Part shown: piece by piece, positions 35,477 to 45,549 of the stretch
Layout of the letters: every line of letters begins with the position of its first letter
Numbering within the stretch: the first letter of the stretch is position 1
NCBI GenBank assembly: GCA_001889965.1
Contig: MOEI01000012.1
Location: 1,170-65,169, forward strand
Origin: a bacterium CG10_46_32
GTDB taxonomy: Bacteria; Patescibacteriota; Patescibacteriia; UBA2169
Length of the DNA stretch: 64,000 nucleotides
Direction: 5' to 3'
Program-made: the position numbers and the translations under genes
Notes under the pieces: generated by a model
Database searches by the model: none
The model's input: only the letters and a program-made list of their open reading frames with translations
What the model was told of the DNA's origin: nothing

Positions 35477-36535
35477 ATGTCATTCTCAATCGGAATCGTG
35501 GGCCTGCCCAATGTGGGCAAATCAACGCTGTTCAAAGCCTTGACCAAAAAGCAGGTTCCCGCTGAAAACTTCCCCTTCTGTACAATAGACCCCAATGTGG
35601 GTGTTGTTGCCGTTCCTGATGAGCGCCTAGAAAAGCTTGCTAAAATTTCCAACTCCGAAAAAATCCTTCCCACGACCATTGAGTTCGTGGATATTGCAGG
35701 ACTCGTAAAAGGCGCACACAAGGGTGAGGGTTTGGGTAATAAATTCCTGGCCAACATCCGCGAGACCGATGCTATTGCGCACGTGGTGCGCGATTTTAAA
35801 GATGGAAACGTAACACACGTAGAAAACCGAGTAGATCCGGAATCGGACGAAACAATCATCATGCTTGAACTTGCCATGGCAGATCTCTCCACAGTTGAAA
35901 AACGGATGAAAGATGCAGCAAGTCAAGCCAAGAGTGGAGACAAAGATGCAAAACATGCACTTGCCGCGCTTGAAAAAGTAAAAACAGAGTTAGACGCAGG
36001 CAAACCAGCACGAGGCGCTGACCTCACAAAGGACGAGCAGGAATCTATCCGCGAACTCCACTTGATTACTGCAAAACCCATGCTGCGCGTATTAAACGTA
36101 GATGAATCCGAAGCTACGCGCGAACCCGGGCAAGCGAACGAAGTCGTAATCTCCGCAAAAATAGAATCAGAACTTGCGGAACTTTCGTCGGAAGATGCCA
36201 AGGCGATGATGACAGACCTTGGCCTTAAAGCATCGGGGCTTGATAGGCTTATTACGGCATCCTATCGCTTGCTGAACCTCATCACCTTTCTTACCTCGGG
36301 CCCCATGGAAACAAGAGCTTGGACTGTTACCAATGGTGCAACCGCGCCACAAGCAGCCGGGGTCATCCACACTGATTTTGAAAAAGGCTTTATCCGCGCT
36401 GAAATAATTTCCTGCGAGGATTTTATTGAGTGCGCTGGAGAAACCGGCGCAAAAGAAAAAGGCAAAATGCACCTTGAAGGCAAGGAGTATATCATGAAAG
36501 ACGGGGATGTATGCTATTTTAGGCATAGCGGATGA
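35477..36535 (+). CDS. ychF: Ribosome-binding ATPase YchF (Obg family, TGS domain)
   Basis: [19 protein letters not shown]1 motif, coiled-coil insert, C-terminal TGS. Confidence 0.9.
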   Translation: MSFSIGIVGLPNVGKSTLFKALTKKQVPAENFPFCTIDPNVGVVAVPDERLEKLAKISNSEKILPTTIEFVDIAGLVKGAHKGEGLGNKFLANIRETDAIAHVVRDFKDGNVTHVENRVDPESDETIIMLELAMADLSTVEKRMKDAASQAKSGDKDAKHALAALEKVKTELDAGKPARGADLTKDEQESIRELHLITAKPMLRVLNVDESEATREPGQANEVVISAKIESELAELSSEDAKAMMTDLGLKASGLDRLITASYRLLNLITFLTSGPMETRAWTVTNGATAPQAAGVIHTDFEKGFIRAEIISCEDFIECAGETGAKEKGKMHLEGKEYIMKDGDVCYFRHSG

Positions 36536-36539
36536 GATC

Positions 36540-36904
36540 CTTCGTTCCACTCAGGATGACGCTGCGCGTCAGTTGTCCACTATTGCAAGCTGTTCCAAAG
36601 TTCTATAGTATTAAAATATCACTTGGAGGGCAATTGCCCTTTTTGTATTCACCCATCACCGTGGAGAAGTCATTCGTGAAGAATGGTCGGGATTTTCGTT
36701 CCAACCACCACTTGCGGAGACTGATTATGCGATCGATCTGGAAAGCACAGTCACACTACAGCGTACTGCTCGGCAAAAAGCTCTCAACCACACTCTCTCG
36801 TTAGGAAAGGGGGTGATCATTCACTTGGGGTGGGGCCAACACCCCCTAGGGCGCACGTAAGCGCCTAAAATCCCCTGAGGCGAAAGCCTCTACGTAGATC
36901 ATGG
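36540..36904 (+). ncRNA. Candidate structured non-coding RNA (unclassified), ~365 nt, ending at an intrinsic terminator
   Basis: No credible ORF; many hairpins including agggcaattgccct, ggcgc-acgtaa-gcgcc and a GNRA-loop hairpin gaggc-gaaa-gcctc; followed by a plus-strand terminator. Confidence 0.3.
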
Positions 36905-36942
36905 GCCGGCAGGTACGTATCACCTTCCGGCTCATTTTTTTT
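36905..36942 (+). terminator. Intrinsic terminator (plus strand)
   Basis: gccggcaggtacgtatcaccttccggc followed by T8. Confidence 0.6.
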
Positions 36943-38152
36943 CCAGAATCAAAATCTCTCGAAACACATGCTGGCCCTCACGGCCGTACCGGAGCGTACC
37001 TCGCTTTGAAAGTGGGTACGCGGTTTGAAATTGGCTTGGGTATGGTTCAACAAATTTCCAGCCAAGATCTGCGAGCGAATCAAATGCGGAAACAAACAAA
37101 CCATGCTCTTTAAAATACGGCCACGCGATCACGGCGCGCCCTTTTGGCTTCAGCACAGATCCCATAGATGCAAGCGCATCTGCGTAAAACGCGCTTAAAC
37201 TGCGCTCAATGCTTAACACTTTTGCCTCGGATTCATCTCCTTGTAAAGGCGGTCCAAGATCCACTTCGGCAACAATTGCATCAATTGATTCTTTTTCTAT
37301 TGATTGATCCAGTGTGCGCACGTCCGCCATTTCGATGCGCGGCAACGTGAGCTCTTTGTTTTGTTCTGCAATAAGCCATTCAATATTTTTCTTGGTGTCC
37401 CGAATTGCTCCCTCGTCAATATCAGTTCCTATGGCGCGATGCCCGAGCAACAGCGCTTCTTGCAGTACGGTGCCAACCCCGCAAAATGGATCCAAAATCA
37501 AAGATTCTTTTGGCACGCCAGAAAGGTTAATCATAGCGCGTGCAAGCTTTGGGGGAAGCATGCCTGCGGCCGCGTTTCTGCCTGGCCGGCCATAGTCCCG
37601 CTCCGAATACGCTTCAAACGGCTGCACTGCCTGCGTTTTTCCAATTAAATATTTTCCGTTTGCCGCAAAAATACATAGCTCAACTCCTTTGTCTAAAAGT
37701 TTATTTTTTACCACATCAACCGAGGAAAGATTTCCGCTTCCGGATTCAACCAAACGAACGGATACGCCTTTTTGTTTTAGTATCTTTTTGATCTCAAGCC
37801 CCAGTGCCTTAAGGCGCTCTCTACTTAAACCTTGCCCCGAAATAGTGTACCAGCTCAATCCAAAATGAAACTTCTGATTTGGCACAATATATGTTTCAAG
37901 AATCACAGCAAGGCTGGAAGCGTTAAAACCCGCGCCATCTTTGATAATGGCTCCGGATTTAGGAATGCCACCCAAAAAAAGAGGAGCAGACTTGCCCAAT
38001 AATGCATCATCCACAATAACCGCGTTTGGACCACATAACGGCAAAATCGCCTGATTTCTGCCTAAAAACTGAAATATTTCCGCGAATGAAATACTTGGGT
38101 TACTGCCTAAAATTAAAAAAGATTGTTCCATATACCTGGTATACTTGCACAC
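36932..38152 (-). CDS. THUMP-domain SAM-dependent RNA methyltransferase
   Basis: N-terminal THUMP-like region; SAM motif LDPFCGVGTVLQEA; 406 aa. Confidence 0.65.
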   Translation of the reverse strand: MCKYTRYMEQSFLILGSNPSISFAEIFQFLGRNQAILPLCGPNAVIVDDALLGKSAPLFLGGIPKSGAIIKDGAGFNASSLAVILETYIVPNQKFHFGLSWYTISGQGLSRERLKALGLEIKKILKQKGVSVRLVESGSGNLSSVDVVKNKLLDKGVELCIFAANGKYLIGKTQAVQPFEAYSERDYGRPGRNAAAGMLPPKLARAMINLSGVPKESLILDPFCGVGTVLQEALLLGHRAIGTDIDEGAIRDTKKNIEWLIAEQNKELTLPRIEMADVRTLDQSIEKESIDAIVAEVDLGPPLQGDESEAKVLSIERSLSAFYADALASMGSVLKPKGRAVIAWPYFKEHGLFVSAFDSLADLGWKFVEPYPSQFQTAYPLSKRGTLRYGREGQHVFREILILEKK

Positions 38153-38180
38153 TTTTTGAAGTTATGGTAGTGTTTCCACT

Positions 38181-38690
38181 ATGAAACCATACGAATTATG
38201 TGTACTATTCGCGGGAAGCATTGCACCCGCAGAACTCGCGGAGAACGTCAAAAAAGTAGAGCAGCTTCTTGCTGATGCCAAGATTGAGGTGTCATGTACC
38301 CATACTATCGGCCGCAAAAAACTCGCCTACACTATTGCCGGACAAACGCACGGTGAATACTTAGTGTGGCTCTTCCAGGCCGAACCCGCAGTAATCCCAC
38401 CGCTCAATGGAAAGCTTCGACTTGCTTCGTTTGTTGTCCGACACGCCATTGAGAAACTTGAATATGTAACCATAGAGGAACGAGTCCAGGGATTACAAGA
38501 TACAAAGGCTGGCAAGTCCGCGGCGCGCGATGAGGAAGAGGATGAAGTTGAGGAAGAAAAATCACCGGTGGCACACAGCTATACCAAAAAAACAGTTGAA
38601 CCAATAGAGCATAAAAAAGAAGAGAAAAAAGTGAGCCTAGAAGATCTCGATGAAAAGCTTGATGAAATACTGGAAAGTGATAAACTGTAA
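38181..38690 (+). CDS. rpsF: 30S ribosomal protein S6 with acidic C-terminal tail
   Basis: MKPYELCVLF... S6 fold; Glu/Asp-rich tail. Confidence 0.85.
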   Translation: MKPYELCVLFAGSIAPAELAENVKKVEQLLADAKIEVSCTHTIGRKKLAYTIAGQTHGEYLVWLFQAEPAVIPPLNGKLRLASFVVRHAIEKLEYVTIEERVQGLQDTKAGKSAARDEEEDEVEEEKSPVAHSYTKKTVEPIEHKKEEKKVSLEDLDEKLDEILESDKL

Positions 38691-38750
38691 ATAAGTCGTC
38701 ATGCTGAACTTGTTTCAGCATCTGGCTGTTATCACTAACCGTCAAAACAT

Positions 38751-39194
38751 ATGGATTTAAATAAAGTCATGCTCATCGGCAATATTACCCAGGATCCAGA
38801 AGTGCGCACCACGCCAAGCGGTGTCTCAGTTACCAGCTTTGGACTTGCCACGAACCTTGTGTGGACTGACCAGCAAGGACAAAAACAAGAAAAAGCTGAA
38901 TTTCACAACATTGTCGCATGGAGAAAGCTTGCCGAAATCATGGGGCAGTACCTACATAAAGGATCGAAGGTCTATATCGAAGGAAGATTGCAAACAAGCT
39001 CCTGGGACGACCAATCCGGCAACAAGCGGTACCGCACCGAAGTAATCGCAGACAACATGATCATGTTGGATCGCAAAGGCCAGAGCCCAAGCCCAGCAAG
39101 TAGCGCGCCTGCGTATACTCCGCAAGAACCTCCAATCATACAGGTTCCCCAAAGCACCGAAGAAGAAATCAGCGTAGAAGATATTCCATTTTAA
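38751..39194 (+). CDS. ssb: Single-stranded DNA-binding protein
   Basis: OB-fold SSB core (NKVMLIGNITQDPEVR...FHNIVAWRKLAE), C-terminal acidic tip DIPF. Confidence 0.9.
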   Translation: MDLNKVMLIGNITQDPEVRTTPSGVSVTSFGLATNLVWTDQQGQKQEKAEFHNIVAWRKLAEIMGQYLHKGSKVYIEGRLQTSSWDDQSGNKRYRTEVIADNMIMLDRKGQSPSPASSAPAYTPQEPPIIQVPQSTEEEISVEDIPF

Positions 39195-39227
39195 ACCAAT
39201 TGATAGGAAACCATCGAAAGATTACCT

Positions 39228-39452
39228 ATGCCAACCCCACAAGCTACAAAGGAAAAAGGATGCTTTATCTGCAAGAATGCCGTAAAAAACGTCGACTACA
39301 AGGACGTTGATTTACTAAAGCGCTTTGCGAGCGCCCAAGGCAAAATTACCCCTAAAAAGCGTTCTGGTACCTGCACAAAGCACCAACGCGTTGTTGCGAA
39401 TGCCATCAAGAATTCACGCATCATGGGCTTTATGCCGTTTGTGGTTGAATAA
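39228..39452 (+). CDS. rpsR: 30S ribosomal protein S18
   Basis: CFICKNAVKNVDYKDVDLLKRF...ITPKKRSGTCTKHQRVVANAIKNSR, typical S18. Confidence 0.9.
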   Translation: MPTPQATKEKGCFICKNAVKNVDYKDVDLLKRFASAQGKITPKKRSGTCTKHQRVVANAIKNSRIMGFMPFVVE

Positions 39453-39465
39453 TCTGACACTACTA

Positions 39466-39497
39466 AAAACCCCGCCTCACATGAGGCGGGGTTTTTT
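39466..39497. terminator. Bidirectional intrinsic terminator between rpsR and recA
   Basis: aaaaaccccgcctc-acat-gaggcggggtttttt. Confidence 0.7.
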
Positions 39498-39501
39498 AAA
39501 T

Positions 39502-40515
39502 CTATAATTCTTTCTCTTTCGCAAACGCCTCCCACACCTGCTTGCGCGCTTTTTCGTACACCTTAGGATTTTCACGAAGATAGGTTTTGGCAGTTTCACG
39601 GCCAACGCCTAATTTTTCCTCTTCGTAGGTATAGGAATTCCCATTCTTCCTGATTATTTCACGCGCCACGGCAACATCCAACAGATCGCCTTCTTTGGAA
39701 ATGCCTTGGTTGTACATAATATCAAACTCCGTGGTCTGGAACGGAGCAGCTACTTTGTTCTTGACGACCTTTGCCTTAACACGGTTGCCGATAATCTTAT
39801 CACCCTGCTTAATCTGCGCGGCTCTGCGGACTTCAATGCGCACGGACGAATAAAACTTCAACGCATTGCCGCCAGACGTTACCTCTGGGTTTCCGAACAT
39901 CACGCCAATTTTGTGCCGAATTTGGTTGATAAAAATCACGCACGTATGGCTCTTGGAAACAATTGAGGTAAGCTTGCGCAACGCCTGGGACATGAGCCTC
40001 GCCTGCAAGCCCATATGGTGGTCCCCCATTTCTCCTTCAATCTCAGCTTTGGGGGTAAGCGCGGCAACGCTATCTACCACTATCACGTCGATTGCGTTTG
40101 AGCGCACTAATGTCTCTACAATATCAAGCGCCTGCTCTCCATTGTCCGGCTGGCTGATAAGCAAATCATCCACCTTCACGCCAATTTTGCGCGCGTAATC
40201 CGGATCCAAGGCATGCTCCGCGTCAACAAATGCGGCAGTGCCACCCAGCTTTTGGAACTCAGCCACAATATGCTGAGAGAGCGTAGTCTTGCCCGAGGCC
40301 TCAGGCCCGAAAATTTCAATGACCCTTCCGCGCGGCACGCCACCCACGCCAAGAGCAATATCCAACGAAAGGCAACCCGTAGAAACAGCGTCCACATCCA
40401 TGTGGGTCGCCTCCCCGAACCGCATAATAATACCCTCGCCGAACCGTTCTTTTATTTGTTTTACCGCCTCATCAATCACTAGATTTTTTCCTGTTTGATC
40501 TTCTTTTGTTGGCAT
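39502..40515 (-). CDS. recA: Recombinase RecA
   Basis: Walker [11 protein letters not shown]1/L2 loops, 337 aa. Confidence 0.95.
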   Translation of the reverse strand: MPTKEDQTGKNLVIDEAVKQIKERFGEGIIMRFGEATHMDVDAVSTGCLSLDIALGVGGVPRGRVIEIFGPEASGKTTLSQHIVAEFQKLGGTAAFVDAEHALDPDYARKIGVKVDDLLISQPDNGEQALDIVETLVRSNAIDVIVVDSVAALTPKAEIEGEMGDHHMGLQARLMSQALRKLTSIVSKSHTCVIFINQIRHKIGVMFGNPEVTSGGNALKFYSSVRIEVRRAAQIKQGDKIIGNRVKAKVVKNKVAAPFQTTEFDIMYNQGISKEGDLLDVAVAREIIRKNGNSYTYEEEKLGVGRETAKTYLRENPKVYEKARKQVWEAFAKEKEL

Positions 40516-40548
40516 AGGATTTAATATTACAAAATTAGTATATTCTTA

Positions 40549-41253
40549 CTACAAATTATTATTCACCACTAAACCTTTTGGAGCGCGCCGTTGTACAAGT
40601 ACAGCGCGATACACCGTGTTTTCTTTTCCAGCACGACCCAACGCAGTAATGCGCAACACATGGTACCCTGGAGCCAGGCTAAGTGTTTCCAAAAATGATC
40701 CATCTTGTTCCATGGGCACAGATTCGCCATTCAGCAAAATAGATCGTGTACCACGAGCAGTGCCGCTGATAACCACTTTTGAATTTTGAGTTTCAGAGTA
40801 CTCGGTAGGGGAAGCAACCTCAAGATTAGGAGATCCAAGTACGCTCTTGCCAAATAACACGGCATACCAGGAAAACGCTAAAACCACAGAAAAGGCTGCA
40901 ATGCGGCCGATCCAACGTGCATTCGGTCGAGCAACGCGAGGATTTGTAAATAAACGCCATGCCTGCTCGTGCGGCTGGATAGTTTTGCGTTCTGCGCGGT
41001 ACAATCGGCTCGCCTTTTCTGGATCCATGCGCAGTGCCGTAGCATAGCGCTTAATAAACTCAAGGCAATAAATCTCGCCAGGAAGTTCGGCATATGATCC
41101 AGACTCAATTGCCTCTAAATATACCCGCTTAATACGCAAAAACTTCGAAAGAGAATCAAGCGAAAGCCCGGCGCCTTCACGCACCTTACCAAGCTGCTCT
41201 CCAATAGTTTGGGTTGAAATAATCTGTTTTGATACAAAAGAATTCATATGCAA
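40549..41253 (-). CDS. RodZ-like HTH membrane protein
   Basis: N-terminal XRE-type HTH (LGKVREGAGLSLDSLSKFLRIKRVYLEAIE), central TM, C-terminal beta-rich domain. Confidence 0.55.
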   Translation of the reverse strand: MHMNSFVSKQIISTQTIGEQLGKVREGAGLSLDSLSKFLRIKRVYLEAIESGSYAELPGEIYCLEFIKRYATALRMDPEKASRLYRAERKTIQPHEQAWRLFTNPRVARPNARWIGRIAAFSVVLAFSWYAVLFGKSVLGSPNLEVASPTEYSETQNSKVVISGTARGTRSILLNGESVPMEQDGSFLETLSLAPGYHVLRITALGRAGKENTVYRAVLVQRRAPKGLVVNNNL

Positions 41254-41265
41254 AATAATGGAAAA

Positions 41266-43611
41266 TTAGTATCGGTCAGCAGGTGTTTCCTCTTCTTTGT
41301 CTGGCGCTTCTGTTTCTATTTCTTCTTCGTCAACCGCATCTGCGCCACCTACCTCCTCAGGATACTCTGCGTCTGGCGCACTAGGAGTACTGGAGGTAAT
41401 TAAAATTTCGCGTGGCCGAGCTCCATCTGCCGGACCGATAATGCCTTCTGCTTCAAGTAAATCCAAAATCCGAGCAGCGCGAGCATAACCAACGCGCAAT
41501 CGCCGTTGCAAAAGCGAAGCCGAAGCTTTGCCGGCTCGGACTACTTCATCACGCGCTTCATCATATAGATCATCTTCCCCGCTTGATCCAGAATCGCCCC
41601 CAAGCGTAGTAATACCACGCTGGCGCTCCACGATTTCGTCTTGGTACTCGACTTCTCCATCTTGCTCTTTAAGAAAATTCACCACGCGCTCAATTTCCGC
41701 ATCATCCAAAAACGGGCCTTGCAATCTTCGTGGTTTATTGGAGTCTGAGCCAGTGAACAACATGTCTCCTCTACCTAACAGTTTTTCCGCGCCCGCAACA
41801 TCTAAAATGGTGCGCGAGTCAATCTGCGATGGCACGGCAAACGCAATGCGCGAAGGGACGTTTGCTTTAATAAGCCCGGTGAGCACGTTTACTGAAGGGC
41901 GCTGAGTGGCAAGTACCAAGTGGATACCAACCGCACGCGCCATCTGCGCGAGCCGCACAATGGCGCCTTCAACCTCGTTTGCGGCAACTGCCATTAAATC
42001 TGCAAGCTCGTCGATCACAAATACAATAGTAGGAATGGTTTCGTTTTTATTAGCTTCGTTATAGGATTCTATGTTGCGTTTTCCACGATTCGAAAGCAGT
42101 TGATACCTGCGCTCCATTTCGCCCACCACCCACTTGAGAGCATTTACGGTTTTTTTAACATCCGTAATCACTGGAGTTAATAGGTAGGGGATATCATTAT
42201 ACATGGTGAGTTCTACTTTTTTCGGGTCAACCAACACGAACTTGAGGTCATCAGGAGAATTCTGGTACATAAGGCTCACAATAAGGGTATTGATGGCAAC
42301 GCTCTTGCCGGAACCTGTTGAGCCTGCAATCAAAAGGTGGGGCATTTTTGCCAAATCCGCGATCCATGCTTTCCCAGAAACGTCCTTGCCAAGACAAATA
42401 GAAAGGTTGTTGCTCCGTGTCTTAAATGCGGAAGAAAGCAGAATATCCTTGAGCTTTACTTTAGCTGCAGCTTTATTAGGAAGCTCAATGCCTACTAATG
42501 ACTTACCAGGAATCGGCGCCTCCATGCGCAACGGATGCGCAGCCAACGCAAGCGAAAGTTCGTTGGAAAGTCCAGTGATGCGGGAAAGTTTTACCCCAAC
42601 TGGTGGGCGCAATGTGTACTGAGTTACGGTTGGACCGACGTTTACTTCGCCCATTTCCACATTAATGCCAAACGTGGCAAACGTCTTCTCTATGTTCTCT
42701 CGGGTCGCATCAACATCAACTGCGCTTGGCTTTTCCAAGCTACTCTCAAGCAAATCAATAGGAATACTAATACGGTTTCTCCTTTTTTTAGCGACGACTG
42801 GCGCTTTCTCGGGCACTTCATCATCAGATACCGCTTCTTCGCTGGTAGTTTCTTCTTCGGCTTCCTCGGATTCTTCTTCGCCCTCTGTTTCTTGCTCTAA
42901 AGCACTGTCCCCGCCTGCAGGAACTTCATTGTATTCACGACGATACTTCCAGACGCGTAATTTTTCAAACAATCGGCTCAATAATCCGGATTGCGCCTCT
43001 ATGACTACTTCTTCTGATTCCGCTTCTTTTTCGGCATCTTCTTCGTCTTCTTCTGATTCGCCGAACAACAAGCTAGAAAGCGAGAGCACTAAACCAACAG
43101 CTGCAATAACTCCCAAAAACACCCATGCGCCCCAATAGCCTGCAATTAAGCTAAACGGGTACTGTAGGGCAAACCCTACATACCCGCCGCCAATACCTGA
43201 AGCTGCGGCGCTCAGGTTATCATCAAAATTCGCAGCATGATGCAAAATCCCGAGTAATGAGCCAAAAAATAAAAATACGCCTACAATCTGCCATCGATTC
43301 AGGCGATAACTGATTTCTTTAAGTAATAGCAGTGCGATAATGGTTAAAAAAATCGGAAATGCATACGCACCCCAGCCAAACGAACGCGCGAGCACTTCTT
43401 TGCCCTGAAGCCCGAATGGGCCAGCTAAATCAAAAAATGCGAGTATCGAAAGCATGCTAGCGGCAAGCAGAATAATTACCAAAATCGCGGTCTTTATGGC
43501 CGGCGAAATAACTGATTCTTCGTCTGTGTCATTGTACGATTTGGTACGCCGACGCTTTCTCTGATACTCTCGCTGGTAGGCTCTTTGTTTCGCTTTGTTG
43601 GTGAATGGCAT
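41266..43611 (-). CDS. ftsK: DNA translocase FtsK/SpoIIIE
   Basis: N-terminal 4 TM segments, acidic linker, motor domain with Walker A GSTGSGKS and C-terminal gamma wHTH; 781 aa. Confidence 0.9.
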   Translation of the reverse strand: MPFTNKAKQRAYQREYQRKRRRTKSYNDTDEESVISPAIKTAILVIILLAASMLSILAFFDLAGPFGLQGKEVLARSFGWGAYAFPIFLTIIALLLLKEISYRLNRWQIVGVFLFFGSLLGILHHAANFDDNLSAAASGIGGGYVGFALQYPFSLIAGYWGAWVFLGVIAAVGLVLSLSSLLFGESEEDEEDAEKEAESEEVVIEAQSGLLSRLFEKLRVWKYRREYNEVPAGGDSALEQETEGEEESEEAEEETTSEEAVSDDEVPEKAPVVAKKRRNRISIPIDLLESSLEKPSAVDVDATRENIEKTFATFGINVEMGEVNVGPTVTQYTLRPPVGVKLSRITGLSNELSLALAAHPLRMEAPIPGKSLVGIELPNKAAAKVKLKDILLSSAFKTRSNNLSICLGKDVSGKAWIADLAKMPHLLIAGSTGSGKSVAINTLIVSLMYQNSPDDLKFVLVDPKKVELTMYNDIPYLLTPVITDVKKTVNALKWVVGEMERRYQLLSNRGKRNIESYNEANKNETIPTIVFVIDELADLMAVAANEVEGAIVRLAQMARAVGIHLVLATQRPSVNVLTGLIKANVPSRIAFAVPSQIDSRTILDVAGAEKLLGRGDMLFTGSDSNKPRRLQGPFLDDAEIERVVNFLKEQDGEVEYQDEIVERQRGITTLGGDSGSSGEDDLYDEARDEVVRAGKASASLLQRRLRVGYARAARILDLLEAEGIIGPADGARPREILITSSTPSAPDAEYPEEVGGADAVDEEEIETEAPDKEEETPADRY

Positions 43612-43677
43612 GGACTTTATTATACCAAAAATACTACCCCTATAACAAGGATGGTACTGTCTTTAATATTTCTTTGA

Positions 43678-45489
43678 TTACATCTTTTCTGGAGCCTTGA
43701 TATTAAGAAGGCTCAGACCATTGCGCAATACGATCCGAACCGCGCTGATAAGCAGTAAGCGGCTGTGCTTGAGTTCTTCTGATTCTGCCTTTAAAACACT
43801 GTGTTCGTGATAAAAAGTATTAAAATTATGCGAAAGCTCAATCAAATAATTGCACACAGCACTTGGATTGTAATGCTCCGCTGCACCAGAAATCACGTCC
43901 ACATACTGAAGGAGCTTCAGCACCAGAGTTTTTTCTTCCGGCGTATTCAGTCGATCAAAATGGATGTTTCCTATTTCAAGAGGTGTCTCCTCAGAAAGAA
44001 TACTCGTAATACGTGCATGAGCATACTGCACATAGGGACCAGTTGAACCCTCAAATGCGATAGCCTCTTTTGGATTAAAATGGATTGACTGGGTCGGCGT
44101 TACTCGCAAAAGGAAAAATTTCAACGCGCCCGTGCCAATAGTTTCTGCTCGCTCTAAAATCTCGACATCCGTAAGCTCTGGAAATCTCTTTTTTACTTCT
44201 TCGGCTGCGAGGGATGTGACTTCAGCAATAATAGTGTCTGCATCAACCACTTTGCCTTCGCGGGATTTCATTTTGCCTTCCGGCAAAAACACCAATCCAT
44301 AGGAAAGGTGATGCAGCTGACTCGCCCACGCGTACCCAAGCTTTTTTAAAATCGCGAACAGTACCTTAAAGTGGTACTCCTGTTCGTGCCCGACAACATA
44401 CACCATACCATCAAAGCCAAACTCTTTTTGCCGAGCCACGGCCAAGCCAAAATCTTGAGTCACATACACGCTCGTTCCATCTGAACGCTGCACCAGCTTT
44501 TTATCCAAGCCAACGTCAGTAAGGTCCGCCCATAAAGCGCCGCCTTCTTCGTAAAATACACCCTTCTTAATTCCTTCATCAATAATTTTCTTGCCTAAAA
44601 GGTATGTATTGCTTTCAAAATAATCTTTATCAAATGTACTGCCAAGCTCTTGATAGGTTTCGTAAAACCCCGAATACACCCACTCATTCATTTGCTTCCA
44701 TAGCGCCATAACATCTTTGTCTGAGGATTCCCATTTTCTAAGCATCTCCTGCGCCTGCGCGCCAATTTCTGATTCCCCAAAAAACTCTTGCCTCCGTTTT
44801 GCGGCATCTTCTTTGGAAAGGCCAGGAACTTCAGGATTGTCTTTCAAAAATACCTGCCACTCACGCTCGAATTCCCGCTCAAACATCACGTAGAACTTTC
44901 CCACAAAGTGATCGCCCTTTTCTCCTGCTTCCTCAGGTGTGTGCCCGTGTCCCCATTTTTGGTAGGCAAGCATGGATTTAATAATGTGAATGCCTCGGTC
45001 ATTAATAATCTGAGTCTTGATCACCTGCGCGCCCTGGCTCGCGAGTAACTGTGCCAAAGACATTCCCAACACATTATTCCGTACATGCCCCAAATGCAAA
45101 GGCTTGTTGGTATTGGGAGATGAATATTCAAGCAATATTTTTTGCGTGTTTGTTGTTGATTCTCCATAGTGCCTATCTTGGTTGATGACATCAGAAAGCA
45201 CATCTTTTGCGAGCACACCGGCATCAACCGAAATATTTAAATGCCCCGCAACTGCGTGCGCGCGCATACTACCATCAGACGCAACCGCATCGGCGAGTTT
45301 TTGGGCGATTGCCTGGGGCGAGAGTTTTAGCTCCTGTGCATATTGATGACAAGAAACAGAAAAATCACCAAATTGCGGCTCAGGATTAGTGATGGAAATA
45401 TCGGTAGGCTGCCAATCAAACACAGCCTTGAATGTTTTTTGAATTTCTTTCCTAATGACATCGGTAATCATACTAAAAAAGTACCACAA
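43678..45489 (-). CDS. argS: Arginine--tRNA ligase
   Basis: PNTNKPLHLGHVRN (HIGH), KMKSREG (KMSKS), ArgRS anticodon-binding C-terminus; 603 aa. Confidence 0.9.
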   Translation of the reverse strand: MWYFFSMITDVIRKEIQKTFKAVFDWQPTDISITNPEPQFGDFSVSCHQYAQELKLSPQAIAQKLADAVASDGSMRAHAVAGHLNISVDAGVLAKDVLSDVINQDRHYGESTTNTQKILLEYSSPNTNKPLHLGHVRNNVLGMSLAQLLASQGAQVIKTQIINDRGIHIIKSMLAYQKWGHGHTPEEAGEKGDHFVGKFYVMFEREFEREWQVFLKDNPEVPGLSKEDAAKRRQEFFGESEIGAQAQEMLRKWESSDKDVMALWKQMNEWVYSGFYETYQELGSTFDKDYFESNTYLLGKKIIDEGIKKGVFYEEGGALWADLTDVGLDKKLVQRSDGTSVYVTQDFGLAVARQKEFGFDGMVYVVGHEQEYHFKVLFAILKKLGYAWASQLHHLSYGLVFLPEGKMKSREGKVVDADTIIAEVTSLAAEEVKKRFPELTDVEILERAETIGTGALKFFLLRVTPTQSIHFNPKEAIAFEGSTGPYVQYAHARITSILSEETPLEIGNIHFDRLNTPEEKTLVLKLLQYVDVISGAAEHYNPSAVCNYLIELSHNFNTFYHEHSVLKAESEELKHSRLLLISAVRIVLRNGLSLLNIKAPEKM

Positions 45490-45549
45490 AATCGGAAAAA
45501 ATACGAGAGTATGGTATAATGCACGCTAATGATATATGCTAAAGTTCAC

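Noticed and set aside
36532-36804. 90-aa plus-strand ORF at the start of the structured region after ychF
   Set aside because: Unconvincing composition, overlaps the ychF stop, and the region is better explained as structured RNA. Not called as CDS.
36540-36942. Identification of the structured region as RNase P RNA or tmRNA
   Set aside because: I looked for the P4/CR-I GGAAAGUCCGGGCUCC, the CR-IV ACAGAANCCGGCUUA, a tRNA-like 3' end with TTCGA T-loop and a tag ORF ending in ALAA. None are present, so no specific family is claimed.
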